This document shows positions 15,536-24,020 of a stretch of DNA of 25,487 bases, in pieces. The notes under the pieces were generated by a model. That model did not search any database and was not told the origin of the DNA. It saw only the letters and a program-made list of their open reading frames with translations. The DNA is from a virus. Taxonomy: Duplodnaviria > Caudoviricetes. The position numbers and the translations under genes are program-made. The stretch lies in the IMG/VR virus record IMGVR_UViG_3300002091_000110, positions 1 to 25,487 of that record; one strand, given 5' to 3'. How positions within the stretch are numbered: the stretch's first letter is position 1; every line of letters starts with the position of its first letter.

Positions 15536-17194
15536 CTACACTTCGTAAAGCGGAGCCGTCTTCACCGGGGATTTCTTCATCTGGTCGATACTCTCCAGAT
15601 GTTCCTGCGCGCGGGTCAGCATCCCGGCCGTCCGCATGTGGCGCAGCGCCATGCTCACCGTGTCCACCAGATCATCGTGCTTGGCGCGCGGGAACTGCGC
15701 ACACTGGGTGATCACCTGATCTGCCCACGTCCTGTCGGGCGCGAAGATCAGCCCTTCCGCGAACAGGTGCTGCACCGAATAAAGGCGCGACATCTTGTCC
15801 TGAGATCCGGGGTTGATGATCTGCACGCCCCACGGTTCACTGCCATAAAGCCTGCGGATTTCCTGCGCTACGCTCAGGCCCGACGCCTTGCCTTCGATCA
15901 ACAGCAAATCCACCTTCAGGCGCGAGCAGCTTTCGGCAACCTTGGTCACAAGCTCATGCAGTGGCAGGTGAGCATGCCATGCATGCATCAGCATCGCCTT
16001 GGGGTGCTGCTCCGCATATTCGCGGCTGACCTGCATCGAATAATCGTGCAGCGTCCCGTTCTTCGCCACCACCTTGGTGGCTTGCGCCACGGTGTCTTGA
16101 GAGTAAATTCCCCATATCGTCATGGCTGACGGGTCGTTTTCCGTTTTCTCCGTGTACGCCGTATCCACGCTGGCCACGACGAAATCCATCATGGGATAGG
16201 CGTCGGCGTCCCATAGCTGCCACCAATCGCGCTTGATGATGCCACCGCCCCGCGGCTCAGGCGTCTGCTGGAACTGACCGGCCGTGGCGTATGGACCCAT
16301 CGCCTTTTCGTCACGGTCAACAACCTCTATAGGAAATCTTTCCGGGAACAGAAGCTCGCCGTCTTCTTCGCGCGGGTCGCTGTAGTCCAGCTTGGTCGGC
16401 ATCGCCCGCGTCGGATCATAGCGCATGGGAAGCATGATGTGATCGTAACCAAGCTCCTTCTCAAGGATGATGCCGCTCACGTCTTCTTCATGCAGCCTCT
16501 GCATAACGACGACGATGGCCGACGATTTCGGGTTGTTCAGTCGTGTCGGGACGGATTCAAGAAACCATGTGTTGGTGCTGGCCCGGATGGCATCCGAATT
16601 TGCTCCGTCCACGGACAATGGGTCATCGATGATAACCCTGTCGCCGCGGGCACCCGTGATCGAACCCGAAGCCGTCGCCTGCCGGAAACCCGTCGCCAGA
16701 TTTTCGAACTTGGTCTTCTGGTTCTGGTCGCCGGTCAGGATCACACGGTCGCCCCAGTTCGACTGATACCACTCCGACATGATCAGGCGGCGCATGCGCA
16801 GCCCGTCGCGGATGGCGAGATCCTGACTGTGCGAGGCGCAGACATACCGCATGTGCGGCATGTTCATTGGCCCCCATTCCCATGCAGGCCAGAACACGCC
16901 GACCGTCAGGCTCTTCATGGTGCCGGGCGGCACGTTGATCAGCAGCCGGTTGTAGATCGTATTATCAACCTCCAGCCCGGCCGTGATGGCCTCAAGGTGG
17001 GAACACAGGAAATCGATGTGCCAGCCGTGAACGTAGGGCTGGCCCGGCTCAATGATGCTCCACGCCTTCCTGATGAAGTAGGCCAGCGATTGCTCGCACT
17101 TGCGCTTCTGTATCGCCCGCAGGGTCTCGCCCGAATCAATCGGTGCGGCGTTGCCGGTCAGGCGCGCAATCTGCGGAAGCTGGACGATGGCCAT
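15536..17194 (-). CDS. terL: Terminase large subunit
   Basis: LLINVPPGTMKS (Walker A), GARGDRVIIDDP (Walker B), VVMQRLHEED, RNase H-like SVDTA...HDDLVD. Confidence 0.95.
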   Translation of the reverse strand: MAIVQLPQIARLTGNAAPIDSGETLRAIQKRKCEQSLAYFIRKAWSIIEPGQPYVHGWHIDFLCSHLEAITAGLEVDNTIYNRLLINVPPGTMKSLTVGVFWPAWEWGPMNMPHMRYVCASHSQDLAIRDGLRMRRLIMSEWYQSNWGDRVILTGDQNQKTKFENLATGFRQATASGSITGARGDRVIIDDPLSVDGANSDAIRASTNTWFLESVPTRLNNPKSSAIVVVMQRLHEEDVSGIILEKELGYDHIMLPMRYDPTRAMPTKLDYSDPREEDGELLFPERFPIEVVDRDEKAMGPYATAGQFQQTPEPRGGGIIKRDWWQLWDADAYPMMDFVVASVDTAYTEKTENDPSAMTIWGIYSQDTVAQATKVVAKNGTLHDYSMQVSREYAEQHPKAMLMHAWHAHLPLHELVTKVAESCSRLKVDLLLIEGKASGLSVAQEIRRLYGSEPWGVQIINPGSQDKMSRLYSVQHLFAEGLIFAPDRTWADQVITQCAQFPRAKHDDLVDTVSMALRHMRTAGMLTRAQEHLESIDQMKKSPVKTAPLYEV

Positions 17195-17433
17195 CAGCTA
17201 TTCCTGTGCGCCTCGACATCCATTGCGAGCTTCAGGTCGCTCATTGCCTCGCACAGTTCCATGTAGGCGCGGCCAATCTGGTCGGCAAAGAATTCGACCG
17301 CGCGCGGTGTCACCACTTCCTTGCAGGCCTTGGCGTGGTCGCGCATCAAGACCTCCAGAAGACCAAGGCATTCCGTGATCTCCGTGAAGCTGTTCAGCAC
17401 TTCGTCAGTTGATTGTACTGGGTTTCCCGACAT
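17194..17433 (-). CDS. Hypothetical protein
   Basis: Helical 79-aa ORF with TGATG coupling to terL; start uncertain. Confidence 0.55.
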   Translation of the reverse strand: MSGNPVQSTDEVLNSFTEITECLGLLEVLMRDHAKACKEVVTPRAVEFFADQIGRAYMELCEAMSDLKLAMDVEAHRNS

Positions 17434-17692
17434 TGAATATGTCCTGTATTTCTTCATGGGTTGCGCCGTGAAAGACAATCGGCGTGCCCGGTCCAAACCA
17501 CGCCTCTTCGATCTTTTCCGCCATCTCTATGGCGTCATTCAGGGTGGCCTTGTGCATCTTCATGAGGATCTTCACCACCTTCAGGAAGTCGTAGATCAGG
17601 ATCACCTGCCCCGCCCGTATCGCGTAGCCCGTGATGGCCTCCCGCATGTTGGCTATCTCCAGTGTGTCGGGATTGGTCAGCGGTCTGTCCAT
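17405..17692 (-). CDS. Hypothetical protein
   Basis: 95 aa, AAGGAAGAG upstream, packed in the gene array. Confidence 0.6.
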   Translation of the reverse strand: MDRPLTNPDTLEIANMREAITGYAIRAGQVILIYDFLKVVKILMKMHKATLNDAIEMAEKIEEAWFGPGTPIVFHGATHEEIQDIFNVGKPSTIN

Positions 17693-18245
17693 GCTCTTCC
17701 TTGGGCTTCGGCAGCGGCATGAAGGCAGGGCCGTCGAATCCCCATGCGTACCAGCTTACATCCATAGTCGGATTTCCCTGCCCTGTCACGTCGATGCGAA
17801 ATGTCAGCGGCAGGACTCGGCTGGGCGGTGCATCCGCAAACAGGTCCAGCCTGCTGGCCGCATTCCAGTAATTCACCTTGAGCAGCAGCACGACCTGCGG
17901 TGTCAGGGACAGCGCCCGGCGGATGAAAGCTTCCGCCAGACTGAACGGCGGGTTGGTCACGATGGCAAAGCCGCCGGTCGATTTCACCGTGAAGCTCTGG
18001 TTGGGCTTCACGAAGTCGATCTTGGCGGCCCCCTCCATGCGCGGTTCGATGTCGGAGCAGGTCACGGTGTGCCCGTGCTGCTCCAAAACACGCGCCAGAG
18101 CGCCGTCACCGCAGGCAGGCTCCCAGATGCGCTTCGGAAGGTCCAAGGCCCGCCGCATCGCCTCCGTAGCCGCCCACGGCGTCGGGTAGAAATCACCGGC
18201 ACGGCGCTTGCCGTTGCCACCGGCCATGGCCGCGCCGACGTTCAT
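17535..18245 (-). CDS. Phage DNA amino (N6-adenine-type) methyltransferase
   Basis: DFYPTP, WEPACGDG (motif I), SDI, IVTNPPF (motif IV); start re-assigned to ATGA overlap at 18245. Confidence 0.85.
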   Translation of the reverse strand: MNVGAAMAGGNGKRRAGDFYPTPWAATEAMRRALDLPKRIWEPACGDGALARVLEQHGHTVTCSDIEPRMEGAAKIDFVKPNQSFTVKSTGGFAIVTNPPFSLAEAFIRRALSLTPQVVLLLKVNYWNAASRLDLFADAPPSRVLPLTFRIDVTGQGNPTMDVSWYAWGFDGPAFMPLPKPKEEHGQTADQSRHTGDSQHAGGHHGLRDTGGAGDPDLRLPEGGEDPHEDAQGHPE

Positions 18246-18469
18246 GCGCCGCCCTTTGGCATAGGCAGCATCAGGACCGGACCCTGCGCGAAGTATGCCT
18301 TGTTCGCGTCGGGCCATGCATTGAGGACAGCGGCAAGTGCCACCGCAGCGTCTTCCTCCATCGTCTTGCCCGTCGCGCCGTTGAAGGCGTCAACGAACAG
18401 GCTCATGAGGCCGGGCATCTTCAACAGATCCGCGGCGGTCGCCATGGGTGCCGGTGGTGAGATTGTCAT
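18242..18469 (-). CDS. Hypothetical protein (AWP...LP family paralogue)
   Basis: 75 aa, ATGA overlaps on both sides. Confidence 0.65.
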   Translation of the reverse strand: MTISPPAPMATAADLLKMPGLMSLFVDAFNGATGKTMEEDAAVALAAVLNAWPDANKAYFAQGPVLMLPMPKGGA

Positions 18470-18846
18470 GCTTCCTCCTTCTTGACGCTCACTGGCGTCG
18501 GTAGTCCCAGAATCTTCGCAATCTGGATCAGCTTGGGCAGGTCGCGCAAATGTTCAACCTGCCGGGTGATGCTGTAGCGATGCTCCGACAGAAACTTTTC
18601 CATCTCGCCGCAGGCGCTGCGGCCTGAACTGTAGCCATTCTCGCCGCGACCACCGCCGCCATCGCGGCGGAATTCAAAGCCGTCCACATATTCATAATCT
18701 GTCGTCGTCGTGAAATAGACGCGGGCAATCTTGGTGACGGTCTGCAGCGTCCATGTCTTGTTATTACGATGCCTATCCGTCATCACCCACACCCTGTCGC
18801 CCACCTTGATGTCGGCAACGTAGTCCACTGTCGCGTGATCAGTCAT
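18466..18846 (-). CDS. Hypothetical protein, SH3/KOW-like beta-barrel N-terminus
   Basis: IKVGDRVWV...TVTKIARVYF; GAGG RBS before ATG 18846. Confidence 0.6.
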   Translation of the reverse strand: MTDHATVDYVADIKVGDRVWVMTDRHRNNKTWTLQTVTKIARVYFTTTTDYEYVDGFEFRRDGGGGRGENGYSSGRSACGEMEKFLSEHRYSITRQVEHLRDLPKLIQIAKILGLPTPVSVKKEEA

Positions 18847-18985
18847 CGTCATACCTCGTCGTTTCAATGAACCCGGCAATTGTCCACAGCGCCAGATAGA
18901 CGCCGAATCCGACCCATGCGTTGGTGCCTTGGCCAATAAGCATCGCAGATCCCGTCCACATGACCAGCGTAATACCCTTTTTCAC
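18839..18985 (-). CDS. Small membrane protein (48 aa, not in ORF track)
   Basis: GTGA overlap; MKKGITLVMWTGSAMLIGQGTNAWVGFGVYLALWTIAGFIETTRYDDD. Confidence 0.55.
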   Translation of the reverse strand: MKKGITLVMWTGSAMLIGQGTNAWVGFGVYLALWTIAGFIETTRYDDD

Positions 18986-19197
18986 GGCCTTACTCCCAAA
19001 AGGATCAGCACAAGCGGCGTCACCCCGACCAGCAGGCAGATCGCTGCGCCAATGGCGGGAATCTTCGCCAGCGAACGGTGATGCTCCCGCTCGCGCTCTC
19101 GCCGCTTCATGTCGCGTTCCATCATGTCGCGGAAGAACTTGTATTCCATCTCCGCGCGCGACAGCGGGCGTGGCTTGAACTGGATGATGTTGCTCAT
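18982..19197 (-). CDS. Small protein with C-terminal TM helix
   Basis: MSNIIQFKP start; hydrophobic C-terminus. Confidence 0.65.
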   Translation of the reverse strand: MSNIIQFKPRPLSRAEMEYKFFRDMMERDMKRREREREHHRSLAKIPAIGAAICLLVGVTPLVLILLGVRP

Positions 19198-19511
19198 GGC
19201 GTCACCTTCTTGACGCTGGCGCGCAGCGCACTGTGCATCGCTTCCTGTTCCTGCGGCGTCAGGTGCTTCTCTCCCAGCGCGCGGATGGCGGCGGCCTTGT
19301 CTAAGAGCAATTGTTGCTCCCGCGCTGTAAGGCTATCAACGCTGCATTCCGTCAGCCTCGCCGCTTCCTCCAGCGTCTCACGGCGGATCAGCGCAATGGC
19401 GTCGTCTGCCCTGCGAAGGTACAAGCTCTGTAAGTGGGCCGACATATTCCCAAACTCAAAGAAATCATCATGGGCAATAGCCCTCGCCACCCTCTCTCTC
19501 AGTTCGCTCAT
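19194..19511 (-). CDS. Hypothetical protein
   Basis: MSELRERVARAI...; ATGA overlaps. Confidence 0.65.
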   Translation of the reverse strand: MSELRERVARAIAHDDFFEFGNMSAHLQSLYLRRADDAIALIRRETLEEAARLTECSVDSLTAREQQLLLDKAAAIRALGEKHLTPQEQEAMHSALRASVKKVTP

Positions 19512-19711
19512 GTGCGGTCCTCTAGTGCGGCGCGGGCCATATCGGACGCTACAATGACTTGCAGCGAGGCAATCTCCCGCAGCACGGCCTCAAGCTTGGC
19601 GATGCGGTCGGCTTGCTTGGCAATCGTCTTGCGGTATTCTTCGCGGGCGCTGTTGTATCCAGCGTTATGCGCGGCCATTATATCAACCATCTGGTCGCCT
19701 AAATTACTCAT
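19508..19711 (-). CDS. Hypothetical coiled-coil protein
   Basis: 67 aa from ATG 19711 after CAGGAG. Confidence 0.6.
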   Translation of the reverse strand: MSNLGDQMVDIMAAHNAGYNSAREEYRKTIAKQADRIAKLEAVLREIASLQVIVASDMARAALEDRT

Positions 19712-19958
19712 CGCTCGGCTCTCCTGATGTGTAGTTTTGATGATCGAAGGATGCGTGGCAGTACGCGCAAATCTTCCATTCCCAGCCCAACCCGTTGTCC
19801 CATATACGCCCCATGACATGGCCGACCTTTCCGCAGTCCTCTTTCAGTTTGGCGTATTCGGCGGCGAATTTGTCTTGGTGGTCTTTCAATAGCAGCGCCC
19901 GTTCCTCGCGTTCACGCCGATCTATGTCGTAGCGCCGCCCGGCAATGTCATTCCCCAT
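19704..19958 (-). CDS. Hypothetical protein with putative Zn-binding C/H/CxxC
   Basis: CGKVGH...ICAYC; CAGGAG RBS. Confidence 0.65.
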   Translation of the reverse strand: MGNDIAGRRYDIDRREREERALLLKDHQDKFAAEYAKLKEDCGKVGHVMGRIWDNGLGWEWKICAYCHASFDHQNYTSGEPSDE

Positions 19959-20241
19959 CTCTCGGCTCTCCTGCTGGGGGTGGTGGAAGGGGCATGAAGT
20001 GGGTGGGTTCTGCCTCTCGGTTTATCACGAAATGGCCCAGCCATCCCGCGCCAACCCAATGACCAGACCCTGCCCCATACGGGGGAATGAATAGCAAAAC
20101 CCGCCCGTTATCCTTCGGCGCTTCCTCTATCGGACTCCACTGCACCGCAGCCCCACGGCGGGCGAGGGCGACAAGGCGGTCTTGGCCGGGGAACAATGCG
20201 GCCATCCGCTCCACGAACTGTTCGTCTGTCTCACTGGTCAT
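19948..20241 (-). CDS. DUF551-like protein
   Basis: WSPIEEAPKD...PTHFMPLPPPP. Confidence 0.7.
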   Translation of the reverse strand: MTSETDEQFVERMAALFPGQDRLVALARRGAAVQWSPIEEAPKDNGRVLLFIPPYGAGSGHWVGAGWLGHFVINREAEPTHFMPLPPPPAGEPRDGE

Positions 20242-20833
20242 CTCTCGGCTCTCCTGATGGGGGTGGGGGAAGGAGCATCCAGTGGGTTACGTTGTCGATG
20301 CGTTCACCACCAACCCAATACCATCGGTCTTCTGACAGCCAGCCCACCCCAATGCGACTGTCACCACAAACAAGAATATCCTGCATTTCAGGCACACCCA
20401 TTTCGCCTTGGGGCGCTATCGGACTCCACTGCACAGCAGCCCCACGGCGGGCGTCATAGTCCGCCCATGCCTTGCAGCAAAGGCACCCCTCGGCAAAGTC
20501 CGGACAGCGCTCTCCCCAGACCTCGACAATCGCTGCATAGACCGGGCCATGCTTCTCGCTGACCTCAAAGAAATCTGGCTTCGGTTCAAGCCTGTCCTCG
20601 TCGCTGGCCTCCTGCGGAAGGGGGAGATAGATGCAATCAACAGCATCAGGCGCACCGCTAGTCATGTGATCCATCCCCGGCCACGCTGCCAGCATGGCGA
20701 GGCAGGCGGCGCGGGCGCACTCAAGAGCCTCTTCGGCCGCCCCCAAGTCTTCCCACGATGTAAATCCATATCGGGCATGGATAGCCCTCGCGCCCGCCTC
20801 AATCGCAGCGGAAGGGATTGTGATGTCATTCAT
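20231..20833 (-). CDS. Composite protein: AWPG domain, Cys domain and DUF551-like C-terminus
   Basis: Start 20833 (AGGAGG RBS); AWPGM...LPL, CLCCKAW, WSPI...VTHWMLLPPPP. Confidence 0.65.
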   Translation of the reverse strand: MNDITIPSAAIEAGARAIHARYGFTSWEDLGAAEEALECARAACLAMLAAWPGMDHMTSGAPDAVDCIYLPLPQEASDEDRLEPKPDFFEVSEKHGPVYAAIVEVWGERCPDFAEGCLCCKAWADYDARRGAAVQWSPIAPQGEMGVPEMQDILVCGDSRIGVGWLSEDRWYWVGGERIDNVTHWMLLPPPPSGEPRDDQ

Positions 20834-21071
20834 GGGGTTCCTCCTTCGTAAGGGGGAGGTGAACGCTGTCGTCATCCTCGGCAAGACTAAGGATACGCAT
20901 CCCCGGCCACGCATCGATGCCTGCCTGCATGGCCTTCACCATCGCGGCAATATGCTCATCGCGCCAGCTTTGCGGTATCTCTGCCCACGGCCGATTGATG
21001 GAGCCGCTGATGGCCACCCATCCATCATAGTAGCTCTTGGCCGCGGCTTCAGCGGCTGCGCGCGGGATCAT
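20826..21071 (-). CDS. Hypothetical protein (AWPG family paralogue)
   Basis: 81 aa, AWPGM...HLPL. Confidence 0.65.
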   Translation of the reverse strand: MIPRAAAEAAAKSYYDGWVAISGSINRPWAEIPQSWRDEHIAAMVKAMQAGIDAWPGMRILSLAEDDDSVHLPLTKEEPHE

Positions 21072-21205
21072 CGCAGCACCGCCGTGAAGCAGAACGCCCA
21101 GCCGTCACGGCATTCCGGCCATGACGACATCCGGACGTATCCAGCCACGATCATGATGGCCAGCGTGGATCCAAGGCACAGGACGACGAATGCCCAATCC
21201 TTCAT
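21068..21205 (-). CDS. Small membrane protein (45 aa, not in ORF track)
   Basis: ATGA overlaps at both ends; MKDWAFVVLCLGSTLAIMIVAGYV... Confidence 0.55.
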   Translation of the reverse strand: MKDWAFVVLCLGSTLAIMIVAGYVRMSSWPECRDGWAFCFTAVLR

Positions 21206-21375
21206 GGCTTCTTCTGCTCTGTCGTCAGCATCACGATGAACTCATCATTCACCTGCTTGACGCCGACCACGCGCGCGGCAGGCACATGCACCGTGTTCTT
21301 GTCCAGCCAATGCTGCAGCGCCAGCATCATGGTGGCTTGGTTCAGGTGTAGCTCGTTGGTGCCCACGAACATCAT
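21202..21375 (-). CDS. Hypothetical protein (57 aa, not in ORF track)
   Basis: ATGA overlaps at both ends; MMFVGTNELHLNQATMMLALQHWL... Confidence 0.6.
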   Translation of the reverse strand: MMFVGTNELHLNQATMMLALQHWLDKNTVHVPAARVVGVKQVNDEFIVMLTTEQKKP

Positions 21376-21581
21376 AGTTCACCGCCGTACATCACGCGGC
21401 AGCGCCGCTCTGTCTCGCGCAAGCTCTGGTGCGGCTGGTACTTGCTGCGCTCGCCGCCATGCTTGCGGGGCGTGACCATCTTCGGCCTGCCATTCCACAT
21501 GATCATGAACGGGCCTCCGGGCTTCGTCACGGCGGGGATCCGCGGCCGGTCGGGGTGCGCGTACTGCATTCGGGTTTTCAT
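21372..21581 (-). CDS. Basic hypothetical protein
   Basis: 69 aa, AAGGAG RBS. Confidence 0.6.
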   Translation of the reverse strand: MKTRMQYAHPDRPRIPAVTKPGGPFMIMWNGRPKMVTPRKHGGERSKYQPHQSLRETERRCRVMYGGEL

Positions 21582-21696
21582 GATGATTCTCCTTCCTCAA
21601 TAGCCATATCATTATTCCTATGAATAACCAACCACCAAGTGTGCCGACCATGAAGAAAACCAGCCAGCACCACTGGGCAAAGCCGGTCGGCATCAC
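21379..21696 (-). CDS. Membrane peptide whose frame runs through the next gene
   Basis: N-terminal TM segment WCWLVFFMVGTLGGWLFIGIMIWLL; the remainder overlaps 21372-21581. Confidence 0.4.
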   Translation of the reverse strand: MMPTGFAQWCWLVFFMVGTLGGWLFIGIMIWLLRKENHHENPNAVRAPRPAADPRRDEARRPVHDHVEWQAEDGHAPQAWRRAQQVPAAPELARDRAALPRDVRR

Positions 21697-22016
21697 GACA
21701 CCTGCGGCTGCGCGATGCTGCGCTGCGATGGCGAATCCACCGACGACACCATCTCGCCGTGGTTGATCTGGTTGACGATGGCCAGCGTCACGCCACCGCT
21801 GGATGTCATCGCGCTGTTGAAGGCGTCATGCGCCGCGCGCTCCAGCCCATCAGCCTGCTCGCGGATGGCGCGCACCTGCTGAAGGGCGTTGTTGTATACC
21901 GTCAGCGCCACGTTGCGGGCGTCGAAGTCAGCGTTCAATTCCCGCACGATGCCTTCGCTCTGGTCACGCGCTGCCTTGCGCACGGTTTCGATGGCAGTAT
22001 CAATTGCGTTAATCAT
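21693..22016 (-). CDS. Hypothetical coiled-coil protein
   Basis: 107 aa, packed in the array. Confidence 0.65.
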   Translation of the reverse strand: MINAIDTAIETVRKAARDQSEGIVRELNADFDARNVALTVYNNALQQVRAIREQADGLERAAHDAFNSAMTSSGGVTLAIVNQINHGEMVSSVDSPSQRSIAQPQVS

Positions 22017-22200
22017 GGTGGAATTCCCTTACATAGGTTGAGTTGATTTTCGTCAGGTGGATGTCGTTCTGGGCTTCCGGGTCCGGCGCAAAGTCATTGC
22101 GCGAGAACCGCATCAATGGAGCCATGGCCAAGCCCACGGCCGCGGAGCCTGCCAGCAGGCCCAGCGCGCCGGTCGCGAAGCCCAGCCAGAATTCGGTCAT
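22009..22200 (-). CDS. Small membrane protein
   Basis: N-terminal hydrophobic helix FWLGFATGALGLLAG. Confidence 0.6.
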   Translation of the reverse strand: MTEFWLGFATGALGLLAGSAAVGLAMAPLMRFSRNDFAPDPEAQNDIHLTKINSTYVREFHHD

Positions 22201-22445
22201 TGCTTTGTCCTCCCCTCATCAGTGATGTTGTAAAGCTCGCGCAGGTACTTCAGCGATGCCTCGACGTTGTCGAGCGCGATGATCTTCATCTCAGGCGTTG
22301 CATCATCGATCATGATGGAGATCACCAGCATGCAGGTGGAGATGATCGTGCCCTTGTTGTGGCCGCTGGCCGCCAGCAGGAAGATGTCGCGCAGCGCGTT
22401 CATCTCGCTCTGTGTCTGGGCAAGATTCTGATCGTCGTCGGTCAT
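22197..22445 (-). CDS. Hypothetical protein
   Basis: 82 aa from ATGA overlap at 22445, GAGGAG upstream. Confidence 0.6.
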   Translation of the reverse strand: MTDDDQNLAQTQSEMNALRDIFLLAASGHNKGTIISTCMLVISIMIDDATPEMKIIALDNVEASLKYLRELYNITDEGRTKQ

Positions 22446-22675
22446 GGCTGTGTCGGCTCCTCTTCCAATCCCATGCAGAACCGCGCCTGAAAGTAGCAGG
22501 CTGCGGCCTGCCGCATCATGTAGTTCCACTCGTTCGCGAGAAGATACCGGTTCCACTGGTGACGCCGCATCATGATGTCGTAAATCGTCATGGCATCAAG
22601 ATGGTATCTTGCTGCGAGGTTCTGCCAACCGACAGCATGGCCGATCAGGTCGTCGTCGTCGGTGTCGTCGGTCAT
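22442..22675 (-). CDS. Hypothetical protein
   Basis: 77 aa, ATGA overlaps. Confidence 0.55.
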   Translation of the reverse strand: MTDDTDDDDLIGHAVGWQNLAARYHLDAMTIYDIMMRRHQWNRYLLANEWNYMMRQAAACYFQARFCMGLEEEPTQP

Positions 22676-22866
22676 GGCTTGCCTGCCAATCCGCAGTAGC
22701 CTTCGGTGTCACTGCGAGCGTGATCGGACGGCATCATGATCGGATCTCCCTTCCTGATGTCCGCGCCATGGCGCCAGCGCCACGCCATGCAGTGTGATCC
22801 GGTGCAGATCAGCCCCGGATCTGCACAGCACTGGTATGCGCTTGAGTCTCTGTCCTTGACGATCAT
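22672..22866 (-). CDS. Small Cys-rich phage protein (CxxSxCMAWRW...GYCGLAG)
   Basis: 64 aa from ATG 22866 after GAGGAGG. Confidence 0.7.
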   Translation of the reverse strand: MIVKDRDSSAYQCCADPGLICTGSHCMAWRWRHGADIRKGDPIMMPSDHARSDTEGYCGLAGKP

Positions 22867-22887
22867 GGTTTCCTCCTCAGTTGAATG

Positions 22888-23021
22888 GTTGCCGGTCGCG
22901 GCGGCATGGAGACCGCCCACCGGCTGACGGGGTTGTAGCCCACTGGCCGTCTGACGGCCCTGCCGCATAAACCAGCGAGACGCGAAGCTCGGCGTCCACT
23001 GGCCCATGAACCGCCCGGCAG
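22888..23021 (-). ncRNA. Candidate structured RNA / leader
   Basis: Intergenic stretch almost entirely made of consecutive hairpins. Confidence 0.3.
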
Positions 23022-23031
23022 GTGGCAGCCC

Positions 23032-23589
23032 TCATTTCCTGTGTTCCCTGAATCGCGCGCGAAGCTTCTGGAACACCGCGCGCTGCTTGTCGGAGATCGA
23101 ATAGTGGTCGGGCCGGTCTTCGAAGCTAACGAGAAAATCCATCTCCCAATCGGTCAGGATCTCCGGGCATTCGGTGAGCATGCGCAGGCATTCATGCTTG
23201 CAGGCGATGTCGTCGTTGGTCGGGTCGCTGCGCTGCTGGGCGGCCTTCTGGCGCGCTTCCTCTGCGCGCTGACGGGCGCGCTCTTCCTCCTCGCGTTTGC
23301 GCTTGCGCCGCTCGAACTCTTCGGCCGCACGCCGGATCTCGTCCTGATGCTGCTTGTTGGTGCCATTCCAGCCGCCGTTCCACTGCTGCTGCTGCTGCTG
23401 GGCGGGATCCTCCCACCATTGGCGCTGGCGCTGCTGCTTCGGCTGCGCCGCAGGCGCGCCGATCAGGTCTTTCCACGTCTTGCCTTCGGCCGCCATGAGG
23501 CGCTGCGCCATGCGCAAAGCGACCAGCGCCTCGCCATCGTGCGAGGAGCCGGTCATGCCCAAGATCTTGAGAAGCTTTTCCATGTCCAT
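23032..23589 (-). CDS. Protein with DUF2786-like N-terminus, Q/W-rich linker and LTDWE...SDKQ C-terminal domain
   Basis: KLLKILGMTGSSHDGEALVALRMAQRLM. Confidence 0.65.
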   Translation of the reverse strand: MDMEKLLKILGMTGSSHDGEALVALRMAQRLMAAEGKTWKDLIGAPAAQPKQQRQRQWWEDPAQQQQQQWNGGWNGTNKQHQDEIRRAAEEFERRKRKREEEERARQRAEEARQKAAQQRSDPTNDDIACKHECLRMLTECPEILTDWEMDFLVSFEDRPDHYSISDKQRAVFQKLRARFREHRK

Positions 23590-23643
23590 GTCGTGGCGGG
23601 GGCCGGTGCCTGCGCGGGGGCGTTAAGCCACCGGCCCCTCCCC

Positions 23644-23961
23644 TCACGCCGCCTTGGCGGCGGCAGAGTTGATGGCCTTGATGGTCATGACCACCGACGC
23701 GGCCCCGACCTTGCTGTTGGCCGCAACCCAATCGGCACCCAGCGCCTTCTCGACGGCGGCCTTGTCGAGGGTGACGCTGCCGTTGCGCAGGCCGAAGGAG
23801 ATGGCGAACTGGTCGCCGCAGATGGTGTCGGCGTCGAGGTTGCGGGCCTCCAGCGCGGCGCGGAGCGCCTTCTTCTCGGCCTCAAGGGCCTTCGTCTGCG
23901 CATCGACGTTGCCGATCAGGTCGGCGATCTGGGCGGGGGAAAGGTTGTCAAAGCGGTCCAT
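23644..23961 (-). CDS. Hypothetical phage protein
   Basis: 105 aa from ATG 23961 with GGAG RBS; followed by a GC hairpin (about 23599-23638). Confidence 0.7.
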   Translation of the reverse strand: MDRFDNLSPAQIADLIGNVDAQTKALEAEKKALRAALEARNLDADTICGDQFAISFGLRNGSVTLDKAAVEKALGADWVAANSKVGAASVVMTIKAINSAAAKAA

Positions 23962-24020
23962 GGTGATCTCCAAAGGTTGGGCGCTTGATTGCGCCGGTGA
24001 TTTGGTCTACACCGAATCGC

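Noticed and set aside
19709-20278. Regularly spaced junction repeats as CRISPR or integron attC
   Set aside because: Intervening sequences are whole ORFs of about 250-280 bp; the repeats are RBS/start sequences without attC palindromes
20127-20453. 38-bp repeat pair as a DGR template/variable repeat
   Set aside because: Too short, only one mismatch, and no reverse transcriptase in the window
22880-23030. tRNA gene
   Set aside because: No TTCGA T-loop or cloverleaf of the right size
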